A stretch of 41,657 nucleotides of DNA from Escherichia coli (lineage in GTDB: Bacteria; Pseudomonadota; Gammaproteobacteria; Enterobacterales; Enterobacteriaceae): assembly GCF_003334315.1 (NCBI RefSeq), contig NZ_QOWR01000044.1. One strand, 5' to 3'. Below are positions 18,989-29,926 of this stretch, in pieces. Made by a program: the position numbers and the translations under genes. Numbering within the stretch: the stretch's first letter is position 1; each line of letters opens with the position of its first letter. Below the pieces are notes generated by a model. It saw nothing but the letters and a program-made list of their open reading frames with translations, was not told the DNA's origin and ran no database searches.

Positions 18989-19854
18989 CGGCGGATAGGA
19001 ATCAGCAGTTCACAGCGCAGATTAATTGGGCGATCTCCCGCTTTGGCGTCTTCTGCCGGGTAGTATCGCTCAATATCCTGACCTTTACGGCGCGTCAGAT
19101 TGAGCATTGGCATGCACGTTCCGTATACCGTCAGGATAAACTCCTGCACGCCGGTTCCCAGACCTTCATAGGTAAACATCACATATTCGCCGCCCTGCAG
19201 CATCACCGGATGCCCCGTCAGTACATAGCCATCTGCCTGATCCTGGGCTAACGCGGTGGTATAGAATACCTCTTGTTCGTCGTCTTTATCCTGACTCGGA
19301 CGCGTTTCATTCAGGCCGTAGAGCACTGGCGGAATGGTCGGCGCGTTGCCGAGAAAATCGTGCCAGAACTGATAACGCATTTCATGGCGGAAATCAGAGA
19401 TTTGCTCCAGCGAACAGGAGTAGCTCTGGGTAACACCAATCAGCGGCGTATCTTCCAGGGTGACAAATTTATGCTCTGGCATAGTGAATTCACCCAGACG
19501 CAGCGGCGGGCGAATACCAAAGGCGCTCCATTCAGGAGAACGGCGGTAAAGTGCAGGAGTCTGGGCAAACTGCTTCTTGAATGCGCGGGTAAATGTCTGT
19601 TGAGAGTCGAAGCGGTATTGCAGCGCGATGTCCAGAATCGGACGCGCAGTCAGGCGTAGTGCGACCGCCGATTTCGACAAACGACGAGCACGAATATACG
19701 CGCCAATAGCATGGCCAGTGACATCTTTAAACATTCTCTGTAAGTGCCACTTGGAATAACCTGCTTTCGCCGCTACATTGTCGAGCGACAGGGGCTGATC
19801 CAGATGACCTTCCAGCCAGATTAAAAGGTCGCGAATAATGCCGGCCTGATCCAT
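18985..19854 (-). CDS. rob: AraC/XylS-family transcriptional activator Rob (right origin-binding protein)
   Basis: 289 aa starting MDQAGIIRDLLIWLEGHLDQPLSLDNVAAKAGYSKWHLQRMFKDVTGH, with two N-terminal HTH motifs and a GyrI-like C-terminal domain. Confidence 0.97.
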   Translation of the reverse strand: MDQAGIIRDLLIWLEGHLDQPLSLDNVAAKAGYSKWHLQRMFKDVTGHAIGAYIRARRLSKSAVALRLTARPILDIALQYRFDSQQTFTRAFKKQFAQTPALYRRSPEWSAFGIRPPLRLGEFTMPEHKFVTLEDTPLIGVTQSYSCSLEQISDFRHEMRYQFWHDFLGNAPTIPPVLYGLNETRPSQDKDDEQEVFYTTALAQDQADGYVLTGHPVMLQGGEYVMFTYEGLGTGVQEFILTVYGTCMPMLNLTRRKGQDIERYYPAEDAKAGDRPINLRCELLIPIRR

Positions 19855-20064
19855 AAAATATCCTCATCCTTTCAACAACGAGCACCTGACATCAGGTAAT
19901 TGGATAATAGCATTTTTTGCTGTTTTAGCATTCAGTGTTTTTTTCTTAGTAGAGTATGTTTTAGGTCTTGACGGAAATAAAAGTATTGAGATTTTGTTCT
20001 TAATCAATATGTTATTTACCGTGACGAACTAATTGCTCGTGTAATAGATAAAAATGGTAACAAT

Positions 20065-20538
20065 ATGAAATACAAGCATTTGATCCTGTCTTTAAGCCTG
20101 ATAATGCTGGGGCCATTGGCTCATGCAGAAGAGATTGGTTCGGTCGACACCGTATTTAAAATGATCGGCCCGGATCACAAAATTGTTGTGGAAGCCTTTG
20201 ACGATCCCGATGTGAAAAATGTCACCTGTTATGTGAGCCGGGCGAAAACAGGTGGTATTAAAGGGGGATTGGGTCTGGCGGAAGATACCTCCGATGCGGC
20301 TATTTCTTGTCAGCAAGTCGGGCCGATTGAACTGTCGGATCGTATTAAAAACGGCAAAGCTCAGGGCGAGGTAGTATTCAAAAAACGCACGTCCCTGGTC
20401 TTTAAGTCGTTACAGGTCGTGCGCTTTTATGACGCCAAACGCAACGCGCTCGCTTATCTGGCTTACTCCGACAAAGTTGTAGAAGGTTCGCCGAAAAACG
20501 CGATTAGCGCGGTTCCTGTCATGCCGTGGCGGCAATAA
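20065..20538 (+). CDS. creA: CreA, exported protein of unknown function
   Basis: 157 aa with signal peptide [21 protein letters not shown]. It lies immediately upstream of creBC. Recognised as CreA. Confidence 0.93.
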
Positions 20539-20550
20539 CAGAGGCGATTT

Positions 20551-21240
20551 ATGCAACGGGAAACGGTCTGGTTAGTGGAAGATGAGCAAGGGATAGCCGA
20601 CACGCTGGTCTACATGTTGCAGCAGGAAGGTTTTGCCGTCGAGGTCTTTGAGCGAGGCTTGCCGGTGCTGGATAAAGCTCGCCAGCAGGTTCCCGACGTC
20701 ATGATTCTCGATGTTGGTTTGCCTGATATCAGCGGCTTTGAATTGTGCCGCCAGTTACTGGCGCTCCATCCGGCGTTACCTGTACTGTTCCTGACGGCCC
20801 GAAGTGAAGAGGTCGATCGCCTGCTTGGGCTGGAAATTGGCGCTGACGACTATGTGGCTAAACCGTTTTCACCCCGCGAAGTGTGCGCCAGGGTGCGCAC
20901 CTTACTGCGTCGGGTGAAGAAGTTCTCGACGCCGTCTCCCGTCATCCGTATTGGTCATTTTGAATTGAATGAACCCGCGGCGCAGATCAGCTGGTTTGAC
21001 ACGCCATTAACGCTGACGCGGTATGAGTTTTTATTGCTGAAGACGTTACTCAAGTCGCCAGGCCGCGTCTGGTCCCGCCAGCAACTGATGGATAGCGTGT
21101 GGGAAGATGCGCAGGACACCTACGATCGCACCGTCGATACCCACATTAAAACGTTGCGTGCCAAGCTGCGCGCCATCAACCCCGATCTTTCACCGATTAA
21201 TACTCATCGCGGCATGGGATATAGCCTGAGGGGCCTGTAA
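20551..21240 (+). CDS. creB: OmpR-family response regulator CreB
   Basis: 229 aa with the receiver region MILDVGLPDISG and a winged-helix C-terminus ending THRGMGYSL. Its stop overlaps the creC start (TAATG). Confidence 0.96.
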   Translation: MQRETVWLVEDEQGIADTLVYMLQQEGFAVEVFERGLPVLDKARQQVPDVMILDVGLPDISGFELCRQLLALHPALPVLFLTARSEEVDRLLGLEIGADDYVAKPFSPREVCARVRTLLRRVKKFSTPSPVIRIGHFELNEPAAQISWFDTPLTLTRYEFLLLKTLLKSPGRVWSRQQLMDSVWEDAQDTYDRTVDTHIKTLRAKLRAINPDLSPINTHRGMGYSLRGL

Positions 21241-22664
21241 TGCGTATCGGCATGCGGTTGCTGCTGGGCTATTTTTTACTGGTGGCGGTGGCGGCCTGGT
21301 TCGTACTGGCTATTTTTGTCAAAGAAGTTAAACCGGGCGTGCGAAGAGCAACGGAGGGGACGTTAATCGATACCGCAACGTTGCTGGCGGAGCTGGCGCG
21401 TCCCGATTTGCTCTCTGGGGACCCAACGCATGGGCAACTGGCGCAGGCGTTTAATCAGCTACAACATCGCCCGTTTCGCGCCAATATCGGTGGCATTAAC
21501 AAAGTGCGCAATGAATATCATGTCTATATGACCGATTCGCAGGGTAAAGTATTGTTCGATTCGGCAAATAAAGCCGTTGGGCAGGATTATTCGCGCTGGA
21601 ATGACGTCTGGCTAACGTTGCGTGGTCAGTATGGTGCGCGCAGCACGTTGCAAAATCCTGCCGATCCCGAAAGTTCGGTGATGTATGTTGCCGCGCCGAT
21701 TATGGACGGCTCGCGGCTTATTGGCGTTTTGAGCGTAGGCAAACCGAACGCGGCGATGGCTCCGGTCATTAAGCGTAGCGAGCGGCGAATTTTATGGGCC
21801 AGCGCCATTTTGCTGGGGATTGCACTGGTGATTGGCGCAGGCATGGTTTGGTGGATCAACCGCTCCATTGCCCGGCTCACTCGCTATGCCGATTCCGTCA
21901 CTGACAATAAGCCCGTTCCTCTTCCTGAACTCGGCAGTAGCGAGTTGCGTAAGCTTGCGCAGGCGCTGGAAAGTATGCGCGTGAAGCTGGAAGGGAAAAA
22001 CTATATTGAGCAGTATGTTTATGCGTTAACCCATGAGCTAAAAAGCCCACTGGCGGCGATTCGTGGCGCGGCGGAAATTTTACGCGAAGGTCCGCCACCG
22101 GAAGTGGTGGCTCGTTTTACCGACAACATTCTGACGCAAAATGCGCGTATGCAGGCATTGGTAGAAACGTTACTACGCCAGGCAAGACTGGAGAATCGTC
22201 AGGAAGTCGTTCTGACTGTTGTTGATGTGGCGGCATTATTTCGCCGCGTCAGCGAAGCGCGCACCGTGCAGTTGGCAGAAAAAAACATCACTCTACATGT
22301 TATGCCCACTGAGGTTAATGTTGCTGCTGAACCGGCGTTACTGGAGCAGGCGCTGGGGAATTTACTGGATAACGCCATCGATTTTACCCCCGAGAGCGGT
22401 CGCATAACGCTAAGCGCCGAAGTGGATCAGGAACACGTCGCCCTTAAGGTGCTGGATACCGGTAGTGGTATTCCTGACTACGCGCTGTCACGTATTTTTG
22501 AACGCTTTTACTCTTTGCCGCGTGCAAATGGGCAAAAAAGCAGCGGTCTGGGGTTGGCGTTCGTCAGTGAGGTCGCCCGTTTGTTTAACGGCGAAGTCAC
22601 GCTGCGCAACGTGCAGGAAGGTGGCGTGCTGGCCTCGCTTCGACTTCACCGTCACTTCACATAG
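21240..22664 (+). CDS. creC: Sensor histidine kinase CreC (PhoM)
   Basis: 474 aa with two transmembrane segments, the H-box LTHELKSPL, and N/G boxes LLDNAIDF and DTGSGIP. Confidence 0.96.
   Translation: MRIGMRLLLGYFLLVAVAAWFVLAIFVKEVKPGVRRATEGTLIDTATLLAELARPDLLSGDPTHGQLAQAFNQLQHRPFRANIGGINKVRNEYHVYMTDSQGKVLFDSANKAVGQDYSRWNDVWLTLRGQYGARSTLQNPADPESSVMYVAAPIMDGSRLIGVLSVGKPNAAMAPVIKRSERRILWASAILLGIALVIGAGMVWWINRSIARLTRYADSVTDNKPVPLPELGSSELRKLAQALESMRVKLEGKNYIEQYVYALTHELKSPLAAIRGAAEILREGPPPEVVARFTDNILTQNARMQALVETLLRQARLENRQEVVLTVVDVAALFRRVSEARTVQLAEKNITLHVMPTEVNVAAEPALLEQALGNLLDNAIDFTPESGRITLSAEVDQEHVALKVLDTGSGIPDYALSRIFERFYSLPRANGQKSSGLGLAFVSEVARLFNGEVTLRNVQEGGVLASLRLHRHFT
22645..22660 (+). promoter_or_regulatory. 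cre-tag (CreB binding motif TTCAC-N6-TTCAC) upstream of creD
   Basis: TTCACCGTCACTTCAC is an exact match to the published direct-repeat consensus. It lies in the last codons of creC, 62 bp upstream of the creD ATG. Confidence 0.75.
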
Positions 22665-22721
22665 CTTCAAATTCTTCCCACATAGCCTTCGTATCCTGCT
22701 GCCATTGCAAAGGAGAAGACT

Positions 22722-24074
22722 ATGTTGAAATCCCCCCTGTTCTGGAAAATGACCACCTTGTTTGGTGCAGTATTGCTGTTGTTGATTCCGATAATGCTGA
22801 TTCGGCAAGTGATTGTCGAACGTGCCGATTACCGTAGCGATGTGGAAGATGCGATTCGCCAAAGTACCAGCGGGCCGCAAAAACTCGTTGGGCCGCTTAT
22901 CGCTATTCCTGTGACCGAGCTTTATACGGTGCAGGAAGAGGATAAAACCGTGGAGCGGAAACGAAGTTTTATCCATTTTTGGTTACCTGAGTCATTGATG
23001 GTTGATGGCAATCAGAACGTGGAAGAACGCAAGATAGGGATTTATACCGGTCAGGTCTGGCACAGTGATTTAACGCTAAAAGCCGATTTCGATGTTTCGC
23101 GTCTTAGCGAGCTCAACGCGCCAAATATCATCTTAGGCAAGCCCTTTATTGTGATTAGCGTCGGGGATGCGCGTGGTATTGGTGTGGTGAAAGCGCCTGA
23201 AGTTAACGGAACGGCGCTGACCATTGAACCCGGCACCGGGTTAGAGCAAGGCGGGCAGGGCGTGCATATCCCTTTACCCGAAGGGGACTGGCGGAAGCAG
23301 AACCTGAAGCTGAATATGGCCCTGAATTTAAGCGGTACCGGCGATCTTTCTGTGGTGCCTGCCGGGCGTAATAGCGAAATGACCTTAACCAGCAACTGGC
23401 CGCATCCCAGTTTTTTAGGTGATTTTTTGCCAGCCAAACGGGAAGTTAGCGAGTCAGGTTTTCAGGCGCAATGGCAAAGCAGCTGGTTTGCTAATAATCT
23501 CGGTGAGCGTTTTGCTTCAGGCAATGATACCGGCTGGGAAAACTTCCCCGCGTTTAGCGTCGCAGTGACGACGCCAGCCGATCAATACCAATTAACTGAC
23601 CGGGCGACTAAGTACGCTATTCTGCTGATTGCGCTGACTTTTATGGCGTTCTTTGTTTTTGAAACGCTCACCGCGCAACGTTTACACCCAATGCAATATT
23701 TACTGGTGGGGCTTTCATTAGTGATGTTTTATTTGCTCTTGCTGGCGCTTTCTGAACATACCGGTTTTACCGGGGCATGGATAATCGCCAGTCTGATTGG
23801 GGCGTTAATGAACGGTATTTATTTGCAGGCGGTATTGAAAGGCTGGCGCAACAGCATGTTGTTTACCCTCGCGCTGTTGTTGCTGGATGGTGTGATGTGG
23901 GGACTACTCAACTCTGCCGATAGCGCGCTGTTGTTGGGAACCAGTGTGCTGGTGGTGGCGCTGGCCGGAATGATGTTTGTGACCCGTAATATCGACTGGT
24001 ATGCGTTTTCACTGCCGAAAATGAAAGCCAATAAAGAAGTTACAACGGACGATGAATTACGTATCTGGAAATAA
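22722..24074 (+). CDS. creD: Inner-membrane protein CreD
   Basis: 450 aa starting MLKSPLFWKMTTLFGAVLLLLIPIMLI, with a large periplasmic part followed by several C-terminal transmembrane helices. AAGGAGAAG lies upstream of the start. Confidence 0.95.
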   Translation: MLKSPLFWKMTTLFGAVLLLLIPIMLIRQVIVERADYRSDVEDAIRQSTSGPQKLVGPLIAIPVTELYTVQEEDKTVERKRSFIHFWLPESLMVDGNQNVEERKIGIYTGQVWHSDLTLKADFDVSRLSELNAPNIILGKPFIVISVGDARGIGVVKAPEVNGTALTIEPGTGLEQGGQGVHIPLPEGDWRKQNLKLNMALNLSGTGDLSVVPAGRNSEMTLTSNWPHPSFLGDFLPAKREVSESGFQAQWQSSWFANNLGERFASGNDTGWENFPAFSVAVTTPADQYQLTDRATKYAILLIALTFMAFFVFETLTAQRLHPMQYLLVGLSLVMFYLLLLALSEHTGFTGAWIIASLIGALMNGIYLQAVLKGWRNSMLFTLALLLLDGVMWGLLNSADSALLLGTSVLVVALAGMMFVTRNIDWYAFSLPKMKANKEVTTDDELRIWK

Positions 24075-24080
24075 GGTTGA

Positions 24081-24114
24081 AAAAAAAACGGCGCTAAAAA
24101 GCGCCATTTTTTTT
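24081..24114. terminator. Bidirectional intrinsic terminator between the convergent genes creD and arcA
   Basis: An A8 run, the stem GGCGCT (24090-24095) pairing with AGCGCC (24100-24105) across an AAAA loop, then a T8 run. Confidence 0.8.
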
Positions 24115-24131
24115 GACGGTGGTAACGCCGA

Positions 24132-24848
24132 TTAATCTTCCAGATCACCGCAGAAGCGATAACCTTCACCGTGAATGGTGGCGATGATTTCCGGCGTATC
24201 CGGCGTAGATTCGAAATGTTTACGAATACGGCGGATCGTCACGTCTACAGTACGGTCGTGCGGTTTCAGCTCACGGCCGGTCATTTTCTTCAGCAGTTCA
24301 GCACGAGACTGAATTTTGCCTGGGTTTTCACAGAAGTGAAGCATGGCGCGGAACTCGCTGCGCGGCAGCTTGTACTGCTCGCCATCAGGGCCGATCAACG
24401 AACGGCTGTTGATGTCCAGTTCCCAACCATTGAACTTGTAGCTTTCAACGCTACGACGTTCTTCGCTGACAGTACCCAGATTCATGGTACGGGACAGCAG
24501 GTTGCGTGCACGAATCGTCAGTTCACGCGGGTTGAACGGTTTGGTGATGTAGTCATCTGCACCGATTTCGAGGCCGAGAATTTTATCGACTTCGTTGTCA
24601 CGGCCAGTCAGGAACATCAACGCAACATTCGCCTGCTCGCGCAGTTCACGCGCTAACAGAAGACCGTTCTTACCCGGCAGATTGATATCCATGATCACCA
24701 GGTTGATGTCATATTCAGAGAGGATCTGATGCATTTCCGCGCCATCTGTCGCTTCGAAAACATCATAGCCTTCCGCTTCGAAAATACTTTTCAACGTGTT
24801 GCGTGTTACCAACTCGTCTTCAACGATAAGAATGTGCGGGGTCTGCAT
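24132..24848 (-). CDS. arcA: Aerobic respiration control response regulator ArcA
   Basis: 238 aa starting [43 protein letters not shown], containing [11 protein letters not shown]. Recognised as ArcA. Confidence 0.98.
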
Positions 24849-24943
24849 GTTTGCTACCTAAATTGCCAACTAAATCGAAACAGGAAGTACAAAAGTCCCT
24901 GACCTGCCTGATGCATGCTGCAAATTAACATGATCGGCGTAAC

Positions 24944-25084
24944 ATGACTAAAGTACGTAATTGCGTTCTTGATGCACTTTCCATCAACGTCAACAACATC
25001 ATTAGCTTGGTCGTGGGTACTTTCCCTCAGGACCCGACAGTGTCAAAAACGGCTGTCATCCTAACCATTTTAACAGCAACATAA
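24944..25084 (+). CDS. yjjY: Small hypothetical protein YjjY (46 aa)
   Basis: The ORF MTKVRNCVLDALSINVNNIISLVVGTFPQDPTVSKTAVILTILTAT matches the K-12 annotated yjjY. It has no convincing SD and lies antisense to the arcA upstream/leader region, so its coding status is uncertain. Confidence 0.4.
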   Translation: MTKVRNCVLDALSINVNNIISLVVGTFPQDPTVSKTAVILTILTAT

Positions 25085-25483
25085 CAGGCTAAGAGGGGCC
25101 GGACACCCAATAAAACTACGCTTCGTTGACATATATCAAGTTCAATTGTAGCACGTTAACAGTTTGATGAAATCATCGTATCTAAATGCTAGCTTTCGTC
25201 ACATTATTTTAATAATCCAACTAGTTGCATCATACAACTAATAAACGTGGTGAATCCAATTGTCGAGATTTATTTTTTATAAAATTATCCTAAGTAAACA
25301 GAAGGATATGTAGCATTTTTTAACAATTCAACCGTTAGTACAGTCAGGAAATAGTTTAGCCTTTTTTAAGCTAAGTAAAGGGCTTTTTCTGCGACTTACG
25401 TTAAGGATTTGTAAATTCGCACCGCGTAATAAGTTGACAGTGATCACCCTGTTCGCGGTCATTTGGTCAAGAAGAGTGGCAAT

Positions 25484-26170
25484 ATGCGTATAACGATTAT
25501 TCTGGTCGCACCCGCCAGAGCAGAAAATATTGGGGCAGCGGCGCGGGCAATGAAAACGATGGGGTTTAGCGAACTGCGGATTGTCGATAGTCAGGCACAT
25601 CTGGAGCCAGCCACTCGCTGGGTCGCACATGGATCTGGTGATATTATTGATAATATTAAAGTTTTCCCGACACTGGTTGAATCGTTACACGATGTCGATT
25701 TCACTGTCGCCACCACTGCGCGCAGTCGGGCGAAATATCATTACTACGCAACGCCAGTAGAACTGGTGCCGCTGTTAGAGGAAAAATCTTCATGGATGAG
25801 CCATGCCGCGCTGGTGTTTGGTCGCGAAGATTCCGGGCTGACTAACGAAGAGTTAGCGTTGGCTGACGTTCTTACTGGTGTGCCGATGGTGGCGGATTAT
25901 CCTTCGCTCAATCTGGGGCAGGCAGTGATGGTCTATTGCTATCAATTAGCAACATTAATACAACAACCGACGAAAAGTGACACAACGGCAGACCAACATC
26001 AACTGCAAGCTTTACGCGAACGAGTCATGGCATTGCTGACGACTCTGGCAGTGGCAGATGACATAAAACTGGTCGACTGGTTACAGCAACGCCTGGGGCT
26101 TTTAGAGCAACGAGACACGGCAATGTTGCACCGTTTGCTGCATGATATTGAAAAAAATATCACCAAATAA
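25484..26170 (+). CDS. lasT: SpoU/TrmH-family RNA methyltransferase LasT (YjtD)
   Basis: 228 aa starting MRITIILVAPARAENIGAAARAMKTMGF, containing FGREDSGLTNEEL. The ORF-track start at 25463 (MVKKSGN) is an over-extension. Confidence 0.92.
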   Translation: MRITIILVAPARAENIGAAARAMKTMGFSELRIVDSQAHLEPATRWVAHGSGDIIDNIKVFPTLVESLHDVDFTVATTARSRAKYHYYATPVELVPLLEEKSSWMSHAALVFGREDSGLTNEELALADVLTGVPMVADYPSLNLGQAVMVYCYQLATLIQQPTKSDTTADQHQLQALRERVMALLTTLAVADDIKLVDWLQQRLGLLEQRDTAMLHRLLHDIEKNITK

Positions 26171-26380
26171 AAAACGCCTTAGTAAGTATTTTTCAGCTTT
26201 TCATTCTGACTGCAACGGGCAATATGTCTCTGTGTGGATTAAAAAAAGAGTGTCTGATAGCAGCTTCTGAACTGGTTACCTGCCGTGAGTAAATTAAAAT
26301 TTTATTGACTTAGGTCACTAAATACTTTAACCAATATAGGCATAGCGCACAGACAGATAAAAATTACAGAGTACACAACA

Positions 26381-26449
<69 letters not shown>

Positions 26450-26473
26450 CGCGTACAGGAAACACAGAAAAAA

Positions 26474-26503
26474 GCCCGCACCTGACAGTGCGGGCTTTTT
26501 TTT
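26474..26503 (+). terminator. thr attenuator (leader terminator)
   Basis: Stem GCCCGCAC (26474-26481), loop CTGACA, stem GTGCGGGC (26488-26495), then a T8 run. It lies 27 bp upstream of thrA. Confidence 0.95.
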
Positions 26504-26529
26504 CGACCAAAGGTAACGAGGTAACAACC

Positions 26530-28992
26530 ATGCGAGTGTTGAAGTTCGGCGGTACATCAGTGGCAAATGCAGAACGTTTTCTGCGGGTTGCCGATATTCT
26601 GGAAAGCAATGCCAGGCAGGGGCAGGTGGCCACCGTCCTCTCTGCCCCCGCCAAAATCACCAACCACCTGGTGGCGATGATTGAAAAAACCATTAGCGGC
26701 CAGGATGCTTTACCCAATATCAGCGATGCTGAACGTATTTTTGCCGAACTTCTGACGGGACTCGCCGCCGCCCAGCCGGGATTCCCGCTGGCGCAATTGA
26801 AAACTTTCGTCGACCAGGAATTTGCTCAAATAAAACATGTCCTGCATGGCATTAGTTTGTTAGGGCAGTGCCCGGATAGCATCAACGCTGCGCTGATTTG
26901 CCGTGGCGAGAAAATGTCGATCGCCATTATGGCCGGCGTGTTAGAAGCGCGTGGTCACAACGTTACCGTTATCGATCCGGTCGAAAAACTACTGGCAGTG
27001 GGGCATTACCTCGAATCTACCGTCGATATTGCTGAGTCCACCCGCCGTATTGCGGCAAGTCGTATTCCGGCTGATCACATGGTGCTGATGGCAGGTTTCA
27101 CCGCCGGTAATGAAAAAGGCGAACTGGTGGTGCTTGGACGTAACGGTTCCGACTACTCCGCTGCGGTGCTGGCTGCCTGTTTACGCGCCGATTGTTGCGA
27201 GATTTGGACGGACGTTGACGGGGTTTATACCTGCGACCCGCGTCAGGTGCCCGATGCGAGGTTGTTGAAGTCGATGTCCTACCAGGAAGCGATGGAGCTT
27301 TCCTACTTCGGCGCTAAAGTTCTTCACCCCCGCACCATTACCCCCATCGCCCAGTTCCAGATCCCTTGCCTGATTAAAAATACCGGAAATCCTCAAGCAC
27401 CAGGTACGCTCATTGGTGCCAGCCGTGATGAAGACGAATTACCGGTCAAGGGCATTTCCAATCTGAATAACATGGCAATGTTCAGCGTTTCCGGCCCGGG
27501 GATGAAAGGAATGGTCGGCATGGCGGCGCGCGTCTTTGCTGCAATGTCACGCGCCCGTATTTCCGTGGTGCTGATTACGCAATCATCTTCCGAATACAGT
27601 ATCAGTTTCTGCGTTCCGCAAAGCGACTGTGTGCGAGCTGAACGGGCAATGCAGGAAGAGTTCTACCTGGAACTGAAAGAAGGCTTACTGGAGCCGCTGG
27701 CGGTGACGGAACGGCTGGCCATTATCTCGGTGGTAGGTGATGGTATGCGCACCTTGCGTGGGATCTCGGCGAAATTCTTTGCCGCGCTGGCCCGCGCCAA
27801 TATCAACATTGTCGCCATTGCTCAGGGATCTTCTGAACGCTCAATCTCTGTCGTGGTAAATAACGATGATGCGACCACTGGCGTGCGCGTTACTCATCAG
27901 ATGCTGTTCAATACCGATCAGGTTATCGAAGTGTTTGTGATTGGCGTCGGTGGCGTTGGCGGTGCGCTGCTGGAGCAACTGAAGCGTCAACAAAGCTGGC
28001 TGAAGAATAAACATATCGACTTACGTGTCTGCGGCGTTGCCAACTCGAAGGCTCTGCTTACCAATGTGCATGGCCTAAACCTGGAAAACTGGCAGGAAGA
28101 ACTGGCGCAAGCCAAAGAGCCGTTTAATCTCGGGCGCTTAATTCGCCTCGTGAAAGAATATCATCTGCTAAACCCGGTCATTGTTGACTGCACCTCCAGC
28201 CAGGCAGTGGCGGATCAATATGCCGACTTCTTGCGCGAAGGTTTCCACGTTGTCACGCCGAACAAAAAGGCCAACACCTCGTCGATGGATTACTACCATC
28301 TGTTGCGTCATGCGGCGGAAAAATCGCGGCGTAAATTCCTCTATGACACCAACGTTGGGGCTGGATTACCGGTTATTGAGAACCTGCAAAATCTGCTCAA
28401 TGCTGGTGATGAATTGATGAAGTTCTCCGGCATTCTTTCAGGTTCGCTTTCTTATATCTTCGGCAAGTTAGACGAAGGCATGAGTTTCTCCGAGGCGACT
28501 ACTCTGGCGCGGGAAATGGGTTATACCGAACCGGATCCGCGAGATGATCTTTCTGGTATGGATGTAGCGCGTAAGCTATTGATTCTCGCTCGTGAAACGG
28601 GACGTGAACTGGAGCTGGTGGATATTGAAATTGAACCTGTGCTGCCCGCAGAGTTTAACGCTGAGGGTGATGTTGCCGCTTTTATGGCGAATCTGTCACA
28701 GCTCGACGATCTCTTTGCCGCGCGCGTGGCGAAGGCCCGTGATGAAGGAAAAGTTTTGCGCTATGTTGGCAATATTGATGAAGATGGTGCCTGCCGCGTG
28801 AAGATTGCCGAAGTGGATGGTAATGATCCGCTGTTCAAAGTGAAAAATGGCGAAAACGCCCTGGCCTTTTATAGCCACTATTATCAGCCGCTGCCGTTGG
28901 TCCTGCGCGGATACGGTGCGGGTAATGACGTTACAGCTGCCGGTGTCTTTGCCGATCTGCTACGCACCCTCTCATGGAAGTTAGGAGTCTAA
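26530..28992 (+). CDS. thrA: Bifunctional aspartokinase I / homoserine dehydrogenase I
   Basis: 820 aa starting [32 protein letters not shown]. The ORF-track start at 26488 lies inside the attenuator and is an over-extension. Confidence 0.98.
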
Positions 28993-28993
28993 A

Positions 28994-29926
28994 ATGGTTA
29001 AGGTTTATGCCCCGGCTTCCAGTGCCAATATGAGCGTCGGGTTTGATGTGCTCGGGGCGGCGGTGACACCCGTTGATGGTGCATTGCTCGGAGATGTAGT
29101 CACGGTTGAGGCGGCAGAGACATTCAGTCTCAACAACCTCGGACGCTTTGCCGATAAGCTGCCGTCAGAACCACGGGAAAATATCGTTTATCAGTGCTGG
29201 GAGCGTTTTTGCCAGGAGCTGGGCAAGCAAATTCCAGTGGCGATGACTCTGGAAAAGAATATGCCGATCGGCTCGGGCTTAGGCTCCAGCGCCTGTTCGG
29301 TGGTCGCGGCGCTGATGGCGATGAATGAACACTGCGGCAAGCCACTTAATGACACCCGTTTGCTGGCTTTGATGGGCGAGCTGGAAGGGCGTATCTCCGG
29401 CAGCATTCATTACGACAACGTGGCGCCGTGTTTTCTTGGTGGTATGCAGTTGATGATCGAAGAAAACGACATCATCAGCCAGCAAGTGCCAGGGTTTGAT
29501 GAGTGGCTGTGGGTGCTGGCGTATCCGGGGATTAAAGTCTCGACGGCAGAAGCCAGGGCTATTTTACCGGCGCAGTATCGCCGCCAGGATTGCATTGCGC
29601 ACGGGCGACATCTGGCTGGCTTCATTCACGCCTGCTATTCCCGTCAGCCTGAGCTTGCCGCGAAGCTGATGAAAGATGTTATCGCTGAACCCTACCGTGA
29701 ACGGTTACTGCCTGGCTTCCGGCAGGCGCGGCAGGCGGTTGCGGAAATCGGCGCGGTAGCGAGCGGTATCTCCGGCTCCGGCCCGACCTTGTTCGCTCTG
29801 TGTGACAAGCCGGATACCGCCCAGCGCGTTGCCGACTGGTTGGGTAAGAACTACCTGCAAAATCAGGAAGGTTTTGTTCATATTTGCCGGCTGGATACGG
29901 CGGGCGCACGAGTACTGGAAAACTAA
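28994..29926 (+). CDS. thrB: Homoserine kinase
   Basis: 310 aa starting [21 protein letters not shown], with the GHMP motif [11 protein letters not shown]. Confidence 0.98.

Noticed and set aside
22488-22976. 162-aa minus-strand ORF across the creC-creD junction
   Set aside because: It is codon-aligned with both creC (offset 1248) and creD (offset 234), has no SD or recognisable domain, and overlaps two well-supported genes.
25164-25177. TTGATGAAATCATC in the arcA upstream region as an FNR/CRP-type site
   Set aside because: It is an imperfect palindrome whose half-site spacing does not fit TTGAT-N4-ATCAA, so I did not call it. It is mentioned only because FNR control of arcA is documented.
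26496-26503. The thr attenuator T-tract is 8 T here, against the 9 T I remember for K-12
   Set aside because: This rests on memory alone. A one-base homopolymer difference is as likely to be sequencing or strain noise as biology. It does explain the 1-bp offset I see between this window and K-12 coordinates downstream.
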